A stretch of DNA of 64,000 nt. Origin: Bdellovibrionales bacterium (lineage in GTDB: Bacteria > Bdellovibrionota > Bdellovibrionia > Bdellovibrionales > JAUICD01). The notes beneath the pieces are model-generated. The model did no database searches. It worked only from the letters and a program-made list of their open reading frames with translations, and was not told the origin of the DNA. The DNA is taken from the NCBI GenBank assembly GCA_965262715.1, contig OZ253553.1, forward strand, positions 1,824,001-1,888,000, in the 5' to 3' direction. Position 1 is the stretch's first letter. The number at the start of each line of letters is the position of its first letter. The position numbers and the translations under genes were made by a program. Below, one piece after another: positions 49,844-58,288 of the stretch.

Positions 49844-51250
49844 GAGGTTGTCCCATAGATCGGTGAAATTTTCTTATAGAAATTAGAAGAAAGTAGAGCT
49901 CCCGGCTATCCTAAGTGGTCTAGCCGTTGTTTACTGTTTTTATTTTATCAGGAAATAGATAACAGAAAGGAGCTATTATGAAGAGTAGTAAGAATGGTTA
50001 TTCAATTCAAGTTTTATCATCTGAGTCAAATGAGATTCGAGAGATCCTAGAGCATCGCATGAGATCAATGGTTATTAATATGATCCATGATTTCTTTGAG
50101 GATGAGTTATTATCACTGTGTGGTAAGCGTCATGTTCGTGGTCGTGATACAAGATATTACAGAGCGGGTAGTGATTCTGGGAGTGTTCTTGCACAAGGTC
50201 AAAGGCTTCAGGTGAGGAAGCCTAGGGTGAAGGAGAAGGGAGGTTCTGATATTAAGCTGCGGTCTTATTCAGTGCTTCAAAAGTATGACATACTTTGTGA
50301 TAAAGTTTTGAGTCATGCTATGAGAGGGGTATCTTGTCGTAATTACAATGAACTTCTTGATGATATTGTAGGAGGAACGGGTCTTTCTAAGAGTACAGTG
50401 AGCAGAGTCTTTAATAAGTCATCTAGGAAGTTTCTTGAATCTTTAAATGGTCGTGATCTGAGTAAGGATAAGTTTTCATCAATTATGATTGATGGTGTTG
50501 TTTTTGGATCAAGGACAGTGGTTGTAGCTCTTGGCATCACAGTTGAAGGTAAGAAGTTAGTTCTGGGTCTTAGAGAGGGTCATACAGAGAACTGGGAAGT
50601 TTGCAAGGACTTATTAGAGAGTTTAATAGCAAGAGGTCTTTGTTCAGATAAGCCTTACCTTTTTGTAATTGATGGTAGCAGATCTTTAAGGACAGCTATT
50701 AATAGAGTTTTTGGTAAGAGAGCAGTAGTTCAACGCTGTATTCACCACAAGGAGAGGAATGTTTTAAGTTATTTACCTCAGGAACGTCATTTAGAGTTTA
50801 AGCGTCGCTGGAAGATGGTGCATGGTTTTAATGATTATGATTCTGCTCAGAGAGAATACAATAAGTTACTGAGTTGGTTAAGCAGGATTAATTATGCAGC
50901 ATTGGCTTCACTTAAGGAAGCAAAGGAGGAGACACTGACAGTTATCAAGTTGAAGGTATCTCCACTGCTAAGGAGAACCTTATCTTCTACAAATCCTATT
51001 GAGTCTGCCTTTTCTATTGTAAGAGATAAAGTCAGCAGGGTTAAGAACTGGAGAAGTTCTCCAGATCAGGTTATGAGATGGGCTGCTGCTTCTTTAGTTG
51101 AAGCTGAAAAAAAGTTTAGAGCTATTAAAGGGTATAAAGATTTAAATACAATGGAAGAAAATTTAAACCTATTGACTAACAATAGAAACAGGCGTAGCAA
51201 AACATCAAGCTCTGCTTAACTTCAATTTCACCGAAACGTGGGACATCCTC
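49844..51250 (+). mobile_element. IS256-family insertion sequence with 9-bp target duplication
   Basis: IRs gaggttgtccca..atcggtgaaatt and aatttcaccga..tgggacatcctc; TSD CTTATCGCT at 49835..49843 and 51251..51259. Confidence 0.96.
49978..51219 (+). CDS. IS256-family (Mutator-like) transposase
   Basis: GVSCR, MIDG, VIDG, QRCIHHK and STNPIES motifs. Confidence 0.95.
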   Translation: MKSSKNGYSIQVLSSESNEIREILEHRMRSMVINMIHDFFEDELLSLCGKRHVRGRDTRYYRAGSDSGSVLAQGQRLQVRKPRVKEKGGSDIKLRSYSVLQKYDILCDKVLSHAMRGVSCRNYNELLDDIVGGTGLSKSTVSRVFNKSSRKFLESLNGRDLSKDKFSSIMIDGVVFGSRTVVVALGITVEGKKLVLGLREGHTENWEVCKDLLESLIARGLCSDKPYLFVIDGSRSLRTAINRVFGKRAVVQRCIHHKERNVLSYLPQERHLEFKRRWKMVHGFNDYDSAQREYNKLLSWLSRINYAALASLKEAKEETLTVIKLKVSPLLRRTLSSTNPIESAFSIVRDKVSRVKNWRSSPDQVMRWAAASLVEAEKKFRAIKGYKDLNTMEENLNLLTNNRNRRSKTSSSA

Positions 51251-52206
51251 CTTATCGCTACCATGGATTTATAGATAAAGTTCTTAATTCATTTAACAGC
51301 TCATTAAATTTATTTAATCAACTGGCAACCTATCATAATTTCAATGATATGGAACGATTGGAATATCTGAAATACTGGTTAGATATGGGCCATGTACCTT
51401 TACCACCTTACATAGATTTGCCTAATTATTTTGAGGTGACCCATGATTCTCATGAAACTTTTCCTCAGGTAGAGGACATCATTAATTTAAGGGATATATG
51501 TCGTTCCACTTCTGGATGTAATCCTTCTCCTGTTTCGTTTGTAAGGTTAGCTCTCTTCACTTCTTCTAGGGAATCCGGTCAGAGAGTGATAACTTATGCA
51601 GACCTTCTCAGTTTATCTGCCACTTTAGGTTACACTCCAGAAGATTTGACTTTCAACGACTTGATAGCACTAGGCCAACTTGCTAAAACCCTTAACTATA
51701 TACCGCTTTGGCCTCATTTATTAACTCAAGAACGTTATATAAGAAATGTCACAGATGATAATTTTCAAGAGGAAGTTTTAGATGCGAGTGAGGACGGTCA
51801 GCCAATAATTGTCTATTTTTATGCATCCTGGTGTTCACCCTGTCACACCATGGGCCCTATAATGGAAGATCTCGCCATAGAGTTTGAAGGTGCTTTTACT
51901 TTAGCAAAAGTATATTTTGATGGAAACTCTGAAGCAAGACAGGCTTTATCTCAAGACTCTGTTCCAGCTTTGCTTTTTTATAAGGATGGTCGTATAGTTT
52001 TAGAAGACTTCGGCTTTTTTGTCCCGCTAGAGAACACTTCGTCTTCATTAGAAATGTCTCAACAAGCTCTCAGATATCTCATAAATACATATCTTCGAAG
52101 GTATTATGAATAGTTATCTTAAAAAATTAGAGAGTGAAAGTAATTAGATAAAGTTATGAACCGCTAACAATGGTTATCAAACTTCTATTTTTGAGACCAG
52201 TACTAA

Positions 52207-52468
52207 TCATAATAATTGATTTTTCCAAAGCTTGTTTAAGAAAGACTTCCATGGTAAAACATGGATTTTGTCATTTATAATACGCTCGTTTGTATCTAAT
52301 GAAACAACAATGTACTTTTTTATAAGTTTCTGGGTGAAGCAAATCGTACACTTTTGCAGAAGAAAATGTCTTATGTAATAAAGTGGTCTTTCCCGTAGAA
52401 CGAGGTCCAAATAGAAAAAACGACTTCTTTCTTAATAAATTCAAAAGATTTAAATGCCTCTTATACAT
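52207..52468 (-). pseudogene. AAA+ ATPase (AAA_14/DUF4143 type) collapsed by a large internal deletion
   Basis: N-terminus SFFLFGPRSTGKTT joined out of frame to a typical C-terminus IHVLPWKSFLNKLW. Confidence 0.8.
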
Positions 52469-53062
52469 CTTAACCTCTAATAATACGGCAACCTTCCATA
52501 GTATTCAAGTTATATAGTGCAGATTTTTCGGCTTTTTCTGCAGGATAATTGCAGGTTTTGCATAAAGTTTCTTAAAAGAGGGACTATGAGTTTACAGTGC
52601 ACGCTTGTCTGTTTAGTGCGGACCCAGTAAGGTTACAACAAAGGAGCGTTGTTTAGTTCTTTGAAATATATAAGTAAGAAATAAGAACTAAAAAAGATTT
52701 TTGGCAAAAATAATAGGCCTCCACAATCTTATAGATATATCTCTAATGAATTTGTTTTTTAGCTATTTTACTATAAGTAAAGGAAGGTATACAAAAACAG
52801 CTTTAGAATGCAATTTTTATACGTAACTTCAAATCTTCAGGACATGTAGAACAGATTTTAAAAGATCTTTAAAGAGATTCTTATATACTTTTCATTTCTC
52901 AGTTTATGAGAGTTTTATCCTAAGATAAAAGACAAACTTTATTCACAATTAAAAAGTGTTACCTATTGCCTTATAGAATCTGTTACCGAAGTCCCTTGTA
53001 GTACACTTTAACAGCTTTGACATAGCCTCTTATTTCAATTCAATAGGTTATAAAAGATATTT

Positions 53063-53638
53063 TTAGGGTATGGTGATTTGATTTTGATCCAATTGCTCCA
53101 TGAAATAAGCAAAGCTAGGAGAGTTTGCAATGGCTTTGTTTTTTCGTATAATTTTAAAAAATTGAGGTCCATGTAATGTTTTGTTATATTTTTTCAAATA
53201 TCTTTTAATAAGGGCTTCCCCATTTTGACCATCGTATTTCTTATTAATAACCTTTTGTTTGATCAAATCAGAATGTTTCTTCTGTATTTGTTCAATGTCA
53301 GCAACCAACCAGTTTTCAAACATAATATCTGCAATAACCACAACAAATCTTTGGTCATGCTCTTTTAAGATAATTTGACTGATTTTTCGACTTATTTCAG
53401 AGACATCCTCTTTTCTTTTTTCTCTATCCAATACAATAAATGTCAATTGACAATACGATAAGGCTCTTAATAGTAACAAACATTGATTGGCTATACGCTC
53501 TAAAGGTACATTTTTTCCATTTAAGTTACGTATCCTTATAACAAATTCATGATTCGTTCTATTTAATCTTTTCCGAAAAGCTTCTTGTTCAGTACGTCCC
53601 TCAACTAAAAAACCAATTTTTGACTTACTCATCTTCAA
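53063..53638 (-). CDS. DUF4276/RloB-like TOPRIM-fold protein
   Basis: FLVEG.TEQ, LDRE, FENWLVAD, YNKTLHG and NSPSF motifs. Confidence 0.75.
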   Translation of the reverse strand: MKMSKSKIGFLVEGRTEQEAFRKRLNRTNHEFVIRIRNLNGKNVPLERIANQCLLLLRALSYCQLTFIVLDREKRKEDVSEISRKISQIILKEHDQRFVVVIADIMFENWLVADIEQIQKKHSDLIKQKVINKKYDGQNGEALIKRYLKKYNKTLHGPQFFKIIRKNKAIANSPSFAYFMEQLDQNQITIP

Positions 53639-55001
53639 TGCCTCCCATACTCCAATAAGTCCCTAACCCAAAACCCCCAGCATCCAATTCCTTCTTGAGT
53701 GTCTGAAGATTTTTTGGAGCTATGTATTTTGTCCCCTTCTCTTGAACAGTTCTTTTTGATATAATCACTTCGTTAGGATTACATTGGTTTAAAACTGTTT
53801 CAGAGTGTGTGGAAATCAAAAACTGTACATTTCTTTCTGCTACTTGTTTTCGCATCAGCTTAAATAAAAACTCAATAGCTTTTGGATGTAAATAATTTTC
53901 TATTTCCTCAAGATGTAGAAAAGAATAACTACGAATAGATATGGCCAAACATAAAGCTAAAAACTTTAAGCTCCCATCCGATAGATGTTGAACACTATAA
54001 AAGATGTCATTCTCTTTTAAATGCTCCTCTTTAAATCGAAGTTTGATTTGTGTAGAATCAATTTCCTCTGTTGTTTTAATCTCTTTTAGAAAAGGAAGTA
54101 TGTATTGATAAGAATCCTTAATATTATTCATTATTTCTTCTTTCATTTCCTTAGAATAAAAACTAGAGATATATATACCAAACCCTGGTTCACTTTTAAA
54201 TAAAAATGGAAAGAATATCTCCTCATTTCCAGTTATTTCTGATAAGTTTTTCCAAACTTGAGAAAAGTTTTCTCCATTATATTCTAATGTTTTAGGACTG
54301 CTATAATCAGATGTTTTTCTGAGAACCTCTGGTTTAAAGTTAAATCCATTAATACAACCAAATATCCACAAACATTTTTTTATAAGATCCATTTCTAATT
54401 TTGTTTTATTTTTATGTTGAGGTTTTATTTCTCTTTTTGTATCCTTATTATCCAAGCCTAAGCTTAACTTAAATTTGTTACTAAACATTATTTGTTCAAA
54501 TGCTTTTTTGATAAATAAATAATTTTTGTCATAAATATGTCTTTCAATCTCAAAATTTTCCCCCATTAAATTTTTATTAGGGATATCAAATAAAATATTT
54601 TTACAATTGCTATCCTTTCCATAAGAAAAAGATTCTTTGCTTATCAATAAGTTGCTATTATCAAGTTTAATAGCAAAACTATAACAAACATAATAAGGAG
54701 ATATTAAAAATTCAAAATAATCTTTTTGTATTTTATCTATCCTAAATAAAATGGAAAAAGAACATTCATTGAACTTTTTGTCTTCTTCTTTGGTGATCCT
54801 AAAAACTTGATCTAATCCACCAGCCTCTTGAATGGCCCTCATCGGTGAACTTGTAATACATTCAGATATAAATTTCAATGCCAACATAATATTGGTTTTT
54901 CCTGTACCATTTTCTCCAATCAAAACCTTTAAAGATGTGTCAAAAATAACATCTCCATCTTTTATGGATCTAAAGTTTTTTATGGTAATTTTTTCAATCA
55001 T
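53625..55001 (-). CDS. ABC-type AAA ATPase (AAA_15/AAA_21 type)
   Basis: IKNFRSI, GENGTGKT, LSDG signature, LEEIENYLHP and STHS motifs. Confidence 0.9.
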   Translation of the reverse strand: MIEKITIKNFRSIKDGDVIFDTSLKVLIGENGTGKTNIMLALKFISECITSSPMRAIQEAGGLDQVFRITKEEDKKFNECSFSILFRIDKIQKDYFEFLISPYYVCYSFAIKLDNSNLLISKESFSYGKDSNCKNILFDIPNKNLMGENFEIERHIYDKNYLFIKKAFEQIMFSNKFKLSLGLDNKDTKREIKPQHKNKTKLEMDLIKKCLWIFGCINGFNFKPEVLRKTSDYSSPKTLEYNGENFSQVWKNLSEITGNEEIFFPFLFKSEPGFGIYISSFYSKEMKEEIMNNIKDSYQYILPFLKEIKTTEEIDSTQIKLRFKEEHLKENDIFYSVQHLSDGSLKFLALCLAISIRSYSFLHLEEIENYLHPKAIEFLFKLMRKQVAERNVQFLISTHSETVLNQCNPNEVIISKRTVQEKGTKYIAPKNLQTLKKELDAGGFGLGTYWSMGGIEDE

Positions 55002-55020
55002 TTTAGCTTCTTATTTTTTT

Positions 55021-55791
55021 TCAAATGGATTCGGCTTGAAAATCTTCTGGTGTAACAATAAAAATTTTATCAAAATCTTTTTTATAAGATGTGTTTTTTT
55101 TGATAACTTGTTTACAGTCGCTGATAAATTTACTCCAAGTTTTTTTATTTTCTTCTGCTCTATGATCTTTTTCAAAATAACGATAGGCTCCTGTTGTAGC
55201 TCCAATAATTAAACTATTGTGTTTGTTTTTTGATCTTGTTGATTTTTCCTCTACCTCTTTTAATCCTTGCTTTACAAATTCTAAGCAAGATTTTAATATT
55301 TTCACACTCGTTTCAGGAGTCTCTTCAAGTTTAAAAAATCCAAATTTTTCCATAATTTTTTCTTGTGAAAGAAGTTCCTTTTCATCTTTAGGAAAAATAA
55401 CTTGTAGATGAACTTGTTCCCCCTTCCCTCGCTTCTTGGCTTTACTTCCTCTCTTTTTCACTTCCATTGTGGCAAAAACACTGTAAATATGATCCTGTTG
55501 ATCCGCTAATTCCGGTGTTTTAAATTCAATCCATGAGTATTTATCAAAATTATGTCTGAAAAAAATATACAATGCTAAAAGCTCGCTCATTAAACATTGA
55601 ACTTGTCTCATTTTGCGAATTTCAGATTTATTGATCTGATTCTTGTGTATGAGTTCATTGATCTGCTTTCTTATTCTTTCATAAAACCTGCAAAAGTTTT
55701 TTGGTGAGTCGCTCTTTTGTAATTCATGAATGCTTTCAATGACCTCCTCCATAGCTTCCTGATGGACTTTCAAAGACTTTTTTTTACCCAT
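55021..55791 (-). CDS. hypothetical protein co-oriented upstream of the ATPase
   Basis: 256-aa ORF with a purine-rich RBS region; ends 19 bp before the ATPase start; no recognised motif. Confidence 0.6.
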   Translation of the reverse strand: MGKKKSLKVHQEAMEEVIESIHELQKSDSPKNFCRFYERIRKQINELIHKNQINKSEIRKMRQVQCLMSELLALYIFFRHNFDKYSWIEFKTPELADQQDHIYSVFATMEVKKRGSKAKKRGKGEQVHLQVIFPKDEKELLSQEKIMEKFGFFKLEETPETSVKILKSCLEFVKQGLKEVEEKSTRSKNKHNSLIIGATTGAYRYFEKDHRAEENKKTWSKFISDCKQVIKKNTSYKKDFDKIFIVTPEDFQAESI

Positions 55792-56078
55792 TATCCTACA
55801 TATCTCCTAAAAATTAATGACTCTTTCCCTTCAACACTTCAGAGCTTTGGTGCATACATATATAACTATTTCTACCCTACAAAATACCCATCTGTCAAAC
55901 AAGTCTTCAATCAAAGTCATTTCTCAAAAAAAGCTAAAGCAAAAGCTTCAACTAGCTTGTTTTAAAGCTCTTAGAGCCATGTAGCCATATTATTTCAAGG
56001 AGGTATAATATCAACTAAAGGAAATTTTTACACTAGGACCTAATACTACATTGGCACATTGATTTTTTTATATATTTA

Positions 56079-57183
56079 GTCGAGTAGAATAGAGGAATTT
56101 CACCTCTAAGCTCTCACAGAACCGTGCGTGACAGTCTCCCGTCACACGGCTCTTATCACTCCGCTTATCAAGATTCCACTTCCTTACTCTTCTACTTATT
56201 GATCGCTTTGAACGACTACTTACCGCTGGTAGAAAACCTGTGAATATTTTACCTGTTTTCCCCTTGGCTCCTCGAGAACGATAAGTGTATCCAAGAAAAT
56301 CAAAACTGATCTCCTCTTTTATCTTCCTCCCCTTGTAGTGTCTTCCACAATAAACAAGTTTGGTCTTCTGTGGGTGAAGGTTCAATCCTAATCTCTCTAA
56401 CCTCCGACCTACAGTCTCTCTCACTTCCTCTGCTTCTGATCTCGTCTTACAGTGGATTATACCATCGTCCGCATATCTTACTATACGGGTCTCTGGATAA
56501 TGTTCTGACATCCAACGATCAAATGCATAGTGTAAGAATAGATTGGACAATAAAGGACTGATCACTCCGCCTTGTGGCACTGCTTTGTAAGCTTGCCATA
56601 CCTTCCCTTTCGAAATATCTTCAAAAGGTTTAGCTTGCTCTGTTGCTTTTGCCTTCTTACTTGTTCTAGTTGTGGCTATCGCTACAGATGAATGATGTGA
56701 TCCCTTCGCACGAGTTGCTATTACTCCTCTCGTATCGCTACTACGAATCACTCCGCCCCTTAAATTGACCTTGGTACTCTCGCTCTTTGAGGTATCCTCA
56801 TTTGTAACTTCTCCCTTTACTTTCAATTTAAGGTTCTCAAGTTCCTTGCTATGGCATAGATAGAATTCATGCCACCTTAGTGCCAGATGCCGCTTAACCG
56901 GTAAACAGGTAACCGTTAAGCTCGTCATGGATTCGGCTTCTTATCCACTTTTGGCTATCTCCTCTGTGGTTTTGACAGATCTACAGTGGTTCATTTACAT
57001 TCATCTCTTCTATCCTCACTTGACGATTCTTATTATCGCCTTTTCCTCGTTGGCTTCCCGTTGAACTCCTTAGAATTCATCCGTTACGAGGTGGTTTCAA
57101 ACCCGCTCCTATAAGCCGATCTCGAGGCGACTACCCTCTTCCTTTGCAAAGCATGGAAACTGTTTGTTTCCTTCTTGACGCCC
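56079..57183 (-). mobile_element. group II intron (class D-like) with an internally deleted RT/maturase ORF
   Basis: 5' GGGCG (canonical GTGCG) at 57183; domain V GAGCCGTGTGACGGGAGACTGTCACGCACGGTTC at 56119..56152; DVI ending CTACTCGAC at 56079; ORF remnants KPF...VWQAYKAV, PQGGVISPLL, RYADD and FDFLGY. Confidence 0.9.
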
Positions 57184-57315
57184 GAAGCCTGCCAAACTCT
57201 AGATCACTACATTAAGGTAAATTCAAATAGTAGACCTAGCATTTTTAAGACCATTTCTAAAAGAATTTTATTTCAAGGATTGAGTTTTGATTTGCAATTT
57301 TATAGATGTGTAAAT

Positions 57316-58107
57316 TTAAAGATTTGCAAGCTCATAAATTCTCCGCCTAGCTCTCTCCAAAGCTTTTTTTATAAGACCTTCAAGATTTGAATCTTTAAAT
57401 TCCTCTAAAGCCTCATAAGTAACTCCCTTTCGAGATGTGACATCCTCTCTAAGACGTTCAAAAGACTTCTCAGATTGTTCCATAAGTTTTGCAGAACCTA
57501 AAAATGTATGAATGATAACGTTTCGTGCCAAGCAAGAAGGAATACCTATATCTTTAAGATCTTCCTCCATCAATCTAGCCAATTCAAAAAGAAAGGCTGG
57601 ACCTGAACCACTGATAGGCGTCAACTTATCAATATCTTCTTCTTTATCGACCAGGAACAAATGAGAAATAGCTTCAAAAGCTTTTTCCAAATAAGATTTA
57701 TGTTCCGAGATAATCTCATGACTTGTTGAAACAATGTTCACTCCATGCCCCACTACAGAAGGAGTATTGGGCATCATGCGAAAAATAGAAGGCAGTGTCA
57801 ACATTCTGGTGATAGTAGTTATTTTTACACCAGCTAAGATTGAAATAATAGTCTGCTCACTATGAAGACCTCCTACACTATAACAGAGAGCCTCAAATTG
57901 CTGAGGCTTGCAACCAAGAAAAACAAGATCAAAGGAAGACAAGTCTTTCATATCTTCTAGAACTCTTCCATCAGTTGCTTTAGCTAAGGCCTCCGCCCTA
58001 ACTCTTGATGGAGTATATGTCCAAATTTCTAATTGATGATCAAATCTTTTCATGGGGATAATAAGGGCAGAGGACATTGTGCCACAACCTAAAACAGCCA
58101 TTTTCAT
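57316..58107 (-). CDS. proC: pyrroline-5-carboxylate reductase
   Basis: LGCGTM, CKPQ, SILAG, RMMPNTP, SGSGPAF and VTS..G.T motifs. Confidence 0.95.
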   Translation of the reverse strand: MKMAVLGCGTMSSALIIPMKRFDHQLEIWTYTPSRVRAEALAKATDGRVLEDMKDLSSFDLVFLGCKPQQFEALCYSVGGLHSEQTIISILAGVKITTITRMLTLPSIFRMMPNTPSVVGHGVNIVSTSHEIISEHKSYLEKAFEAISHLFLVDKEEDIDKLTPISGSGPAFLFELARLMEEDLKDIGIPSCLARNVIIHTFLGSAKLMEQSEKSFERLREDVTSRKGVTYEALEEFKDSNLEGLIKKALERARRRIYELANL

Positions 58108-58288
58108 TATTTAAGCCTCCTTAATGGTTTACAATATTGGCAGATGCAATTCAGTTTTTTTTGCGATCTGGCGGATACCATGACCTGCAAACAAAGCATT
58201 CCGGCAAACTATTTTCAGAAACAGCTTGCCAAATTACCGTTTACCCAACTGCCTGAATGCATCATCTTTTTAAAGTGATTTGATTTCA

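Larger units (their letters stand above)
49618..52113 (+). pseudogene. secreted thioredoxin-domain protein interrupted by IS256
   Basis: Removing 49844..51259 rejoins KAYR|YHGFIDK in frame (359 aa): signal peptide plus C-terminal FYASWCSPC. Confidence 0.9.

Noticed and set aside
52580..52655. GC-richer intergenic patch as a possible IS end or small RNA
   Set aside because: I found no partner repeat or convincing structure in the window.
53063..56928. Retron or defence-associated RT (RT next to ATPase + TOPRIM)
   Set aside because: The RT remnant lies inside a recognisable group II intron with domain V/VI and a YADD motif; no msr/msd or VTG motif seen.
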